Below, piece by piece: positions 45,242 to 53,660 of a DNA stretch of 64,000 nucleotides (the stretch's first letter is position 1; the number at the start of each line of letters is the position of its first letter). Location: positions 6,012-70,011 of the forward strand of contig JBEKOU010000005.1 of the NCBI GenBank assembly GCA_049521435.1. The letters are read 5' to 3'. The notes under the pieces were generated by a model that searched no databases, was not told the DNA's origin, and worked only from the letters and a program-made list of their open reading frames with translations. The translations under genes were made by a program, and so were the position numbers. The DNA comes from Candidatus Dormibacteria bacterium (GTDB lineage: Bacteria; Chloroflexota; Dormibacteria; Aeolococcales; Aeolococcaceae).

Positions 45242-46258
45242 TCAGAGCGACGTCTCGATCGCCGCCAGCACATCCTCCACCCGGATCTGGCCCATCATCC
45301 CGCCCGGTCCCCGCGCCAGCTGGTGGCCGCGGTGCTGCGGGAGCGCCTGCACCACCCGGTGCTCGGCGCCATAGGGGCCGCGCCGCCGTCCGTCGGTCGG
45401 GCCGAAGAGACCGATGGTCGGCGTCCCCACCGCGGCGGCGAGGTGGAGGAGGGGAGAGTCCCCGGAGATGACCAGGTCGCAGAGCTGGAAGAGCGCCGCC
45501 GTCCCCAGCACGTCGAGCTGGCCGGTCAGGTCGGCGTGGGGCGCGGCGATGTCGACCGCGGCCATGGCCGCCGCGTACTCGTCCTCCGCCGCTCCGACGA
45601 AGATGATCCCGGCCCCATGGCGGGCCGCGAGCTGATTGGCGAGGTGAGCCCAGCGTTCGGGTTCCCAGGCGGTGGCGTGGGCGACGGGCCAGCGCAGGTC
45701 GGCGTGACCGGTCCCCGGGGCGAGGGCGACCAGCAGCCTGCCGTCGGCGACGGAGGTGCTGTGGAGCTGGACAAGGGCCTGCTGGGTGGCCGCCGGGCCG
45801 GGGTCCAGGTGAGCCGCATGCCGCTCGGCGGTGATGCCCAGGAGGTGCGCCATCCGAAGCCAGGCGACCGCCTGGTTCTCGCCGGACCGCGGCGCCACGT
45901 GGTCGCTGAGCAGGGCGGCGGTCGCACCGCCGCCCACGCCGAGCCGGCGGGCGAATCCCGCCAGGTAGACGAGGATGCGGGCCCTTGCCGAGGTGCCGCA
46001 GACCACCGCGATGTCGAAGCGCATCCGCCGGAGCCGGGCCCACGCGGCCAGCCCCTGGAGCGGCGAGGCGGAGGGGTCCAGGCCTCGCAGGGTGATCACG
46101 GTGCTCACCCCGGCCAGCGCCCGCGCGACCTGGGCCGCCGCCGGAGCGCACGCGAGGGTGACCTCCGCCGTGGGGGACCCGGCGGCGAGCGTCCGCAGCA
46201 GCGGCGCGGCCTGCAGGGTCTCCACCTGGCGGCCCCACATCAGCACCAGCACTCTCAT
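45242..46258 (-). CDS. Glycosyltransferase family 9 (heptosyltransferase-like)
   Basis: MRVLVLMW start. ISGDSPLLHLAAAVGTPTIGLFGPTD is the typical GT9 C-terminal block. Confidence 0.75.
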   Translation of the reverse strand: MRVLVLMWGRQVETLQAAPLLRTLAAGSPTAEVTLACAPAAAQVARALAGVSTVITLRGLDPSASPLQGLAAWARLRRMRFDIAVVCGTSARARILVYLAGFARRLGVGGGATAALLSDHVAPRSGENQAVAWLRMAHLLGITAERHAAHLDPGPAATQQALVQLHSTSVADGRLLVALAPGTGHADLRWPVAHATAWEPERWAHLANQLAARHGAGIIFVGAAEDEYAAAMAAVDIAAPHADLTGQLDVLGTAALFQLCDLVISGDSPLLHLAAAVGTPTIGLFGPTDGRRRGPYGAEHRVVQALPQHRGHQLARGPGGMMGQIRVEDVLAAIETSL

Positions 46259-46344
46259 TGCGCGCGTAACCGTAGCAATGATGCGAGGGGCAATTGCGGG
46301 ACCCACACGCCGCTGGCGGCGTGGGGTGCGAACATAGGGCGCAA

Positions 46345-47316
46345 ATGGGTTCCCTGGCGGGACGCGATCTGATCTCAATCGCCGATCTCTCCGCAGCCGA
46401 GATCACCGAGGTCCTGGACGTGGCCTCCGCGCTGAAGGCGGGCGCGAATCCCGGACGCCCCCTGGCCGGCCGCAACCTGGCCATGATCTTCCAGCGGCCG
46501 AGCAATCGCACCAGGGTCTCCTTCGAGGTCGCAGTCCGGCATCTCGGCGGGCACCCCATCCCGCTCTTCAACAGCGAGATCCAGATCGGCGAGCGGGAGT
46601 CGACGGCGGACATCAGCCGCATCCTCGACCGCTACGTCGACGGCATCGTGGCCCGGCTCAGCCACCATCGCGACCTGGTCACCATGGCGCGCTCGGCCCG
46701 CGGGCCGGTGGTCAACGCCATGACCGACCGCGAGCATCCCTGCCAGGTGCTCGCCGACTGCGTGACCATCCGGGAGCTGCTCGGCCACCTCGCGGGCGCC
46801 CGCGTCTGCTATGTGGGCGACGGGAACAACGTCTGCACCTCCTGGATCTACGCGGCCACGCTGCTCGGGATCGACCTGCGCGTGGTCGGACCGGAGGGCT
46901 ACGAGCCGCACCCGGCGGTGCTGGAGCGCGCCGATCTGCTCGCCGGGGGCCGCTCGCCGGTTCGCCACTTCCACGAGGCCGCTGGGGGCCTCGAGGACGC
47001 CGAGATCATCTACACCGACGTGTGGACGAGCATGGGGCAGGAGGCGGAACAGCAGCAGCGCCGCGACGACTTCGCTCACCTGCAGGTCAACGACGCCCTG
47101 CTCGCCCAGGCGCCGGCCACCGCGAGGGTCATGCACTGCCTGCCCGCCCACCGCGGCGAGGAGATCACTGACTCGGTCCTCGACGGCCCCCAGTCGGTGG
47201 TCTTCGACCAGGCTGAGAACCGGCTCTGGGCGCAGGAGGCGCTGCTCAGCCTGATCTTCAGCGGTGAGCTGCAGAATGGCCGCGACGCCGGCCAGGGCGG
47301 CGTTGGTCGCTCATGA
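46345..47316 (+). CDS. argF: Ornithine carbamoyltransferase (variant SNRTR carbamoyl-phosphate motif)
   Basis: FQRPSNRTRVSFE, HPCQVLAD, DVWTSMG, HCLPAHRGEE. Not next to other arg genes. Confidence 0.85.
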   Translation: MGSLAGRDLISIADLSAAEITEVLDVASALKAGANPGRPLAGRNLAMIFQRPSNRTRVSFEVAVRHLGGHPIPLFNSEIQIGERESTADISRILDRYVDGIVARLSHHRDLVTMARSARGPVVNAMTDREHPCQVLADCVTIRELLGHLAGARVCYVGDGNNVCTSWIYAATLLGIDLRVVGPEGYEPHPAVLERADLLAGGRSPVRHFHEAAGGLEDAEIIYTDVWTSMGQEAEQQQRRDDFAHLQVNDALLAQAPATARVMHCLPAHRGEEITDSVLDGPQSVVFDQAENRLWAQEALLSLIFSGELQNGRDAGQGGVGRS

Positions 47317-48182
47317 CTGAATTCATCCACAGCGCCCTGGTCTTCCTCGGCGCGGTCGGCATCCGCGACATCGTCGACATCCTCATCGTCGCCTTCCTGC
47401 TGTACCAGCTCTTCAAGCTGATCCGGGGGACGCAGGCGGTGCAGCTGCTGGTCGGGCTGGCGGTGCTGCTCGTCATCGGGCTTCTCGCCCAGGCCTTCCA
47501 GCTCCGGCTCCTCCAGTTCATCTTCGCCAACGCCGGAACGGCGATCCTGATCGGCGTGATCGTCCTCTTCCAACCCGAGCTGCGCCGGGCCCTGGACCAG
47601 GTCGGGCGGCTGGGCACGGTCCGCTTCATCCTGGGACGGCACACCACCCAGCCGGTGGCGCGGACCGTGGAAGAGGTCGTCCGGGCGGCGGCCACCCTGA
47701 GTGAGGGGCGGACCGGGGCTCTGATCGTCTTCGAGCGCGAGACCGGCCTCGAGAATGTCGCGGTGAGCGGAGTGCGGGTCAATGGCGACGTGACCGCCGA
47801 GATCCTGACCACCATCTTCTACGTGGGCTCGCCGCTCCACGACGGGGCGGTCATCATCCGCGACACCCGGCTGATCGCCGCCGGCTGCGTGCTCCCCCTC
47901 GCCGAGGCGCTCCCCGGGGTCGGCCGGATGGGGACCCGGCACCGCGCCGCACTCGGGCTCACCCTGCAGTCCGACGCCGTGATCCTGATTGTCAGCGAGG
48001 AGACCGGGCTGATCAGCCTGGCCTACGGCGGCAAGCTCTACCGTGGCCTGGACCACGACAAGCTCCAGGAGATGCTGACCACCCTGGTGCTCCGGCCGGT
48101 GGCCCGCCGGACCGGCGCCGGCATCCGGCCCCTGGTCCGGAGCGGCGCGGCCCTGCGGGCGCTGGGCCGGCGCAACCCGTGA
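47313..48182 (+). CDS. cdaA: Diadenylate cyclase CdaA (DisA_N domain, 3 N-terminal TM helices)
   Basis: PLHDGAVII (DGA) and GTRHRAALG (RHR) motifs. ATGA overlap with argF. Confidence 0.9.
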   Translation: MTEFIHSALVFLGAVGIRDIVDILIVAFLLYQLFKLIRGTQAVQLLVGLAVLLVIGLLAQAFQLRLLQFIFANAGTAILIGVIVLFQPELRRALDQVGRLGTVRFILGRHTTQPVARTVEEVVRAAATLSEGRTGALIVFERETGLENVAVSGVRVNGDVTAEILTTIFYVGSPLHDGAVIIRDTRLIAAGCVLPLAEALPGVGRMGTRHRAALGLTLQSDAVILIVSEETGLISLAYGGKLYRGLDHDKLQEMLTTLVLRPVARRTGAGIRPLVRSGAALRALGRRNP

Positions 48183-48192
48183 GGGCTCGCTG

Positions 48193-49203
48193 ATGCCCGG
48201 CTTTGTCACCCGGAACTGGCGGCTCAAGCTGCTCGCGCTCGTGCTGGCGACCTTCAGCTGGGCGGGGGTCGTCCTGGCGACCAACCCCCCGGGTACCCGG
48301 TCGGTCTCGATCCCGGTGCCCCAGCCCCCATCTCCGGACGTCAGCCTGCCCGCCGGCTACCTGCTGACCAAGGCGATCCCCAATCTCACGGTGGAGATCA
48401 CCGGCACCGAGGACCACCTCAACTCGTTCAGCAGGAGCAGCCTCCAGGTCACGGTCGATTACGAGGCCATCAAGGCGGTCGGCAACCACGTCCCAGCCGC
48501 CGTCAGGCTGCCCGTGAAGATCACCAGCAGCGATCCCAACATCGACCTGGACGACCCCCCGCAATCGCTCGAGGCGAACGTGGACAGCCCCGGCAGCGCC
48601 GGCGAGCCGGTCCAGGTGGAGGTGAGCCACCCCCCGCCGGCCGGCTACCAGGACAGCACCATGCAGGCGACGCCGGCCGCCGTCACGGCGACCGGGCCCG
48701 AGCATGAGCTGGTCGGCATCCGGGTCGAGACCCAGCAGATCGACCTCTCCAACCAGCGCGCAAACTTCGACGCGACCGTCGCCGTCTACCCCTACAGCAG
48801 CCAGGGCCGCCTCCTCTCCGACGTCAATCTCGACCCGGCCACCGTCAACGTGGCCATCACCGTGGTGGGGCTGGACACGAGCCGGACCAGCTCGGTCGTG
48901 CTCGGTGAGATCACCGGGGCCGCGGCAGGCACGCAGCCCTTCGTGGACACCTACAGCCCCATGACGGTGACCCTCACCGGGTCCCAGGACCTCATCAACG
49001 GGGCCTCGCTGGCGACCGTGACGACCGGCGGCATCGACGTCGCCGGCCAGACCGGGACGGTGACCTACCGCGTGCCGCTGGAGACCCCGACCGGGATCAC
49101 GGCGACCCCGTCCACGGTGACGGTCACGATCACTGTGACGGTCCTTCCCACCCCGACTCCGGTCGCCGCCTCGCCGTCGCCCAGCCCGAGTCCCAGCGGA
49201 TGA
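48193..49203 (+). CDS. cdaR: CdaR-like YbbR-domain regulator of CdaA
   Basis: N-terminal TM anchor (WRLKLLALVLATFSW) followed by repeated beta-rich YbbR-like modules. It sits immediately after cdaA. Confidence 0.75.
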   Translation: MPGFVTRNWRLKLLALVLATFSWAGVVLATNPPGTRSVSIPVPQPPSPDVSLPAGYLLTKAIPNLTVEITGTEDHLNSFSRSSLQVTVDYEAIKAVGNHVPAAVRLPVKITSSDPNIDLDDPPQSLEANVDSPGSAGEPVQVEVSHPPPAGYQDSTMQATPAAVTATGPEHELVGIRVETQQIDLSNQRANFDATVAVYPYSSQGRLLSDVNLDPATVNVAITVVGLDTSRTSSVVLGEITGAAAGTQPFVDTYSPMTVTLTGSQDLINGASLATVTTGGIDVAGQTGTVTYRVPLETPTGITATPSTVTVTITVTVLPTPTPVAASPSPSPSPSG

Positions 49204-49321
49204 CCCGTAACCGGGGCGCGGTCGTGTCCGTTGGACCTGGGAGGGAGGCGGAACAACGACACCCCGCCGGCGTCGTCGGGATGCACCAGGAGGGAGCCCC
49301 TGTGAGTGGAGCCCGCCGCTG

Positions 49322-51160
49322 ATGTGCGGCATCATCGGCTACGTCGGGGCTCGCCCGGCCACCCCCGTGCTCCTCGACAGCCTCCTGCGCCTCGAGTACC
49401 GCGGCTACGACTCGGCGGGGATCGCGGTCCTCGACGGGGCCAACGGCGGGCGCCACACCGTGGTCAAGAGCGACCGCAAGGTGGCCGACCTGGTCGCCCG
49501 TTGCGAACGCGACGGCGTTCCGGAGGGGACGATCGGGATCGGGCACACGCGCTGGGCCACCCACGGCCGGCCGACGGTGGTGAACGCCCATCCGCACCAG
49601 GATTGCGCGGGGCGCATCCAGCTCATCCACAACGGGATCATCGAGAACTATCGCGAGCTCCGCGCCGAGCTGGTCGCCCGCGGCCACCAGCTGCGCAGCG
49701 AGACCGACACCGAGGTGCTGGCCCACCTGATCGAGGAGCAGTTCACGGGGGATCTCGCCGAGGCGACCCGGGCGGCGCTCCGCCGCGTCGAGGGCTCCTA
49801 TGCCCTGGTGGTGATCTCCGCCGACCAGCCGGGCACCATCGTCGGTGCCCGGCGCAACGCCCCTCTGGTTGCGGCCTTCGGCGACGGCGAGGCCTTCCTG
49901 AGCAGCGACATCACCGCGCTCATCCCCTACATCCGGCGGGTCACCCTGATCGGGGAGGACGAGGTGGTCGCCGGCACTCGCGAGGGACTGGTGGTCACGT
50001 CACTGGACGGCAGCGTCGTCACCCCGCGAATGATCGACGTCGACTGGAACGTGGAGCAGGCCCAGAAGGGCGGCTACCCGCACTTCATGCTCAAGGAGAT
50101 GAGCGAGCAGCCCGAGGCGGTCGAGAACGCGCTCCGCGGCCGGGTGGGTGCCGCCGGCGAGGTGAGCCTCGAGGGCCTGCTCGACGCCGTGTCGATCCCG
50201 GACCTGGACGAGGTCCGCGTCATCGGGATGGGCTCCGCATGGATCGCCGGGCTCTACACCGCGTCCGCCATCCAGCAGCTGGCGCGGCTCCGCGCCGGCG
50301 TGGAAAACGCCAGCGAGTTCCGCTACGAGGACCCGATCGTCGACGAGCGCAGCCTGGTCATCGCCATCTCCCAATCCGGGGAGACGGCGGACACCCTGGC
50401 CGCGGTCCGCGAGGCCAAGCGTCGGGGTGCCCGGGTGGTGGCCGTCACCAACGTCGTGGGCAGCGCCCTCTCCCTGGAGGCCGATGCTGTGCTCTTCATG
50501 CAGTCGGGGCCGGAGATCTGCGTGCTCGCCACCAAGACGCTGATCGCCCAGATGGTCTGCGGCCTGCTCATCGCGCTGGCGCTGGCCAGGGGGCGCGGAG
50601 CGCTCTCCGCGGAGCGGCACCGCGAGATCGTTGCCGAGCTCCGCGAGGTGCCCCAGCGGATCCGCACCTGCTTGGAGCTCGAGCCACAGCTCGCCGAGAT
50701 GGCCCAGCGTTACGCCCACGTTCGCAACGCCATCTACATCGCCCGCGGGATCAACGTCGCCACCGCCCTCGAGGGTGCTCTGAAGCTCAAGGAGGTCTCG
50801 TACATCCACGCCGAGGGCTACGCCGCCGGTGAGCTCAAGCACGGACCGATCGCGCTCCTCGACTCCGAGATGCCGGTGGTGGCGGTGGCCACCCGCTCCG
50901 CCACCCTGACCAAGACGCTCAGCAGCATCGCCGAGGTGCGCTCCCGCGACGCGCCGGTGATCGCTCTGGTGACCGCGGGCGACACCGCCGTGGACCAGGA
51001 GCTGGCTCGTGACATGGTGCGCGTGCCGGCGTGCAGCGAGCTCCTGTCGCCGCTCATCAACGTCGTGCCCCTGCAGCTCTTCGCCTATCACGTGGCCGTC
51101 GAGCGCGGCTGCGACGTGGATCAGCCTCGGAACCTTGCCAAGTCCGTGACGGTCGAGTAG
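49322..51160 (+). CDS. glmS: Glutamine--fructose-6-phosphate aminotransferase
   Basis: MCGIIGYVG N-terminal nucleophile, two SIS domains, C-terminal DQPRNLAKSVTVE. Confidence 0.97.
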   Translation: MCGIIGYVGARPATPVLLDSLLRLEYRGYDSAGIAVLDGANGGRHTVVKSDRKVADLVARCERDGVPEGTIGIGHTRWATHGRPTVVNAHPHQDCAGRIQLIHNGIIENYRELRAELVARGHQLRSETDTEVLAHLIEEQFTGDLAEATRAALRRVEGSYALVVISADQPGTIVGARRNAPLVAAFGDGEAFLSSDITALIPYIRRVTLIGEDEVVAGTREGLVVTSLDGSVVTPRMIDVDWNVEQAQKGGYPHFMLKEMSEQPEAVENALRGRVGAAGEVSLEGLLDAVSIPDLDEVRVIGMGSAWIAGLYTASAIQQLARLRAGVENASEFRYEDPIVDERSLVIAISQSGETADTLAAVREAKRRGARVVAVTNVVGSALSLEADAVLFMQSGPEICVLATKTLIAQMVCGLLIALALARGRGALSAERHREIVAELREVPQRIRTCLELEPQLAEMAQRYAHVRNAIYIARGINVATALEGALKLKEVSYIHAEGYAAGELKHGPIALLDSEMPVVAVATRSATLTKTLSSIAEVRSRDAPVIALVTAGDTAVDQELARDMVRVPACSELLSPLINVVPLQLFAYHVAVERGCDVDQPRNLAKSVTVE

Positions 51161-52411
51161 ATGCACCGTTTGGTGGTGGGCGTGGACGTCACCTCGATCG
51201 ATCGCATAGCGGCCGCCATGCGCCGCCATCCCGGCTTCGCGGCGAAGATCTTCACCGAGCTGGAGCGCCGCCGTGCGGGGTCAAGGCCGGAGCGTTTCGC
51301 CAGCCGCTGGGCGGCCAAGGAGGCGGTGATGAAGTGGTACGGCGGAGCCGGCCTGCGCATCCCCCCCTACCGTGCCATCGAGGTCGTCAACCGGCGGGGC
51401 GGCGCTCCGGAGGTCTGGGTGCGCGGCCAGCCCACCGGGATCGCGATCAGCATGACCCACGACGCTGGGATGGCGATCGCGGTGGTGGCGGCGCCGCTCG
51501 ACGGCCCCGCCGGTCCGCCGGCGCTGCCCCCGCCCGAGGGACTGCGCCTGCCCGCCCGTCCCGCCGGCGCCCACAAGGGCACGTTCGGCACCGTTGTGGT
51601 GATCGCCGGCGCGGTGGGCACGGCGGGCGCCGCCGTGCTGGCCGGCCGGGGCGCCGCCCGAGCCGGGGCCGGCCTGGTCCGGGTCTGCGTCCCGGCCGGG
51701 GTCCACCCGGCGGTCGCGGCCCTCTGCCTGGAGCTGATGGCCCATCCCCTCGGGGAGCCCGGCGCCGCCGGGCTCGACGCCGCCGGGGTGGCGGCGCTCC
51801 GCCAGACCCACCTCCCGGTGGCCGGCGCCGCGGTGATCGGCCCCGGCCTGGGCCGCGCTCCCGCCACCGAGGCGGCCCTCCTGGACCTGCTGGGAACCCT
51901 CACCGTCCCCGCCGTCGTCGACGCCGACGGGCTCAACATCGCCGCGGCCGCAGGGTTCGACTGGCGGAGCTGCCCGGCGCCGCTGGTGCTCACCCCGCAC
52001 CCGGCGGAGATGGCACGCCTGGCCGGGCTCAGCACGGCCCAGGTCCAGGCCGACCGGGCCGGGCTGGCCGCCACGTTTGCCGCGGAGCACGGCGTGACCC
52101 TCGTGCTGAAGGGGGCTGAGACGGTGGTCGCCGCCCCGGACGGCCGCCTTCACGTCGACCGGCACCAGACCGTCGCCCTTGCCACCGGCGGGACCGGCGA
52201 CGTCCTGAGCGGTGTCTGCGGGGCGATGCTCGCGGCCGGCCTGGACGGCTTCGACGCTGCGGTGGCGGCGGTCACCATCCATGCAGAGGCGGGTTGCCTG
52301 GTCGAGGCGGAGCGGGGCCGGGCGGGAGCCCTGGCCGGCGATGTCGTCGAGATGCTCCCCGCCGCCCAGGAGCGGCTCCGGCGCGCCCTGGAACGGCGCG
52401 AGCGCAGATGA
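51161..52411 (+). CDS. Fusion protein: holo-ACP synthase (AcpS) N-terminal domain plus ADP-dependent NAD(P)H-hydrate dehydratase (YjeF_C) domain
   Basis: Residues 1-113: VGVDVTSIDRI, FASRWAAKEAVMK, ISMTHDAGMAIAVV (AcpS). Residues ~135-416: HKGTFGTVVVIAGAVGTAGAAVLAGRGAARAGAGLV, TPHPAEMARL, ATGGTGDVLSG (YjeF_C). No YjeF_N epimerase domain. Confidence 0.85.
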   Translation: MHRLVVGVDVTSIDRIAAAMRRHPGFAAKIFTELERRRAGSRPERFASRWAAKEAVMKWYGGAGLRIPPYRAIEVVNRRGGAPEVWVRGQPTGIAISMTHDAGMAIAVVAAPLDGPAGPPALPPPEGLRLPARPAGAHKGTFGTVVVIAGAVGTAGAAVLAGRGAARAGAGLVRVCVPAGVHPAVAALCLELMAHPLGEPGAAGLDAAGVAALRQTHLPVAGAAVIGPGLGRAPATEAALLDLLGTLTVPAVVDADGLNIAAAAGFDWRSCPAPLVLTPHPAEMARLAGLSTAQVQADRAGLAATFAAEHGVTLVLKGAETVVAAPDGRLHVDRHQTVALATGGTGDVLSGVCGAMLAAGLDGFDAAVAAVTIHAEAGCLVEAERGRAGALAGDVVEMLPAAQERLRRALERRERR

Positions 52412-52487
52412 GTGGCGGGACGGCGGGCCCACGGCCCGGCGACCAGCAGGTCCGGCTTCGCCGGCCGCCGAGGGGCGGCGAGCCCCT

Positions 52488-53660
52488 GTGAGAGCAGAGG
52501 GGCCCCCGCGCCGCCTGCGGCGTGGGGACCGGCAGCAGTACACCCGGTGGGCGGATGTCGACGCCGTCGCGATCCGGCACAACCTCGGGGTGATCCGTGA
52601 GGTGGTGGGCGAGGGCGTCGCGGTCATGGCCATGGTCAAGGCCGACGGCTACGGTCACGGGGACACCCTCGCCGCGGCGGCCGCCCTGGAGGGGGGCGCC
52701 TCCTGGCTCGGCGTCTCCTCGGCCGAGGAGGCCCTCCGCCTCCGGGCCGAGGGCTTCGCCTGCCCCCTCCTCATCGTCGGGGCGGCCAATCCCGTGCACC
52801 TCGCCGCCCTGGTCACTGCCGGCGTCGACCTGGCCGTCTGGGACCCCGACCAGGTCGCCGCCGCCGCCGCGGCCGGCGCCGGCACGCCGGCGCGCCTTCA
52901 CCTCAAGGTGGATAGCGGCATGGGCCGGCTCGGCGCCCTTCCCGACCAGCTCCCAGAGCTGATGGCGGCGGTCGAAAGCGCCGGCACCAGGGTCCGGCCG
53001 GTGGCAGCATTCACCCACTTCGCGGACGCCGAGGCCGACCCCGAGTACACCCTCGCCCAGGACCGGGTGTTCCTCGAGGCGGCCGCGGCGCTGCGCCGTC
53101 GCTGGCCGGGCCTGCTCCTCCATGCCGCCAACAGCGCGGCCGCTCTCGGACTCCCCGCGACCCGCCACAACCTCGTCCGCTGCGGCATCGCCATATACGG
53201 CTACGCGCCAGCCGCTGTCGAGGGTGCGGCACGGCTCCGGCCGGCGATGTCCCTCCACGCCCGGATCACCCAGGTCAAGACGGTGCGGAGCGGCCAGAGC
53301 GTCGGCTACGGGCGCACCTGGGTGGCGCACCGGGATGCCCGCGTGGCGGTCATCGCGGCTGGCTACGCCGACGGGGTCCAGCGGGCGCAGTCGAACCGTG
53401 GATCGGTGCTGGTCGGCGGAAGCCGCTGCCCGATCATCGGGCGCGTCAGCATGGATCAGTTGACCGCCGACGTCTCGCTCGTCGAGGGGGTGAGGGCGGG
53501 CGACGAGGCGGTGCTCTTCGGCGGCCAGGGGGGCGGATGGCTCGGCGCCGACGACGTGGCCGCCGCGGCCGGCACCATCAGCTACGAGGTGCTCTGCGCC
53601 GTGTCAGCCCGGGTGCCGCGCCTCCAGGTCGGCTGCGCCGAGGCTCAGCCGGGCCCGTAG
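52488..53660 (+). CDS. alr: Alanine racemase
   Basis: WADVDAVAIRHNLGVI, MAMVKADGYGHG (PLP Lys), GIAIYGY, SMDQL. GTG 52488 is the first plausible start in frame. Confidence 0.9.
   Translation: MRAEGPPRRLRRGDRQQYTRWADVDAVAIRHNLGVIREVVGEGVAVMAMVKADGYGHGDTLAAAAALEGGASWLGVSSAEEALRLRAEGFACPLLIVGAANPVHLAALVTAGVDLAVWDPDQVAAAAAAGAGTPARLHLKVDSGMGRLGALPDQLPELMAAVESAGTRVRPVAAFTHFADAEADPEYTLAQDRVFLEAAAALRRRWPGLLLHAANSAAALGLPATRHNLVRCGIAIYGYAPAAVEGAARLRPAMSLHARITQVKTVRSGQSVGYGRTWVAHRDARVAVIAAGYADGVQRAQSNRGSVLVGGSRCPIIGRVSMDQLTADVSLVEGVRAGDEAVLFGGQGGGWLGADDVAAAAGTISYEVLCAVSARVPRLQVGCAEAQPGP

Noticed and set aside
49204-49321. glmS ribozyme upstream of glmS
   Set aside because: The spacer is only 118 nt, shorter than the ribozyme core plus peripheral helices as I recall them, and I could not find the conserved core segments. 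A covariance-model scan (Rfam RF00234) would settle it.
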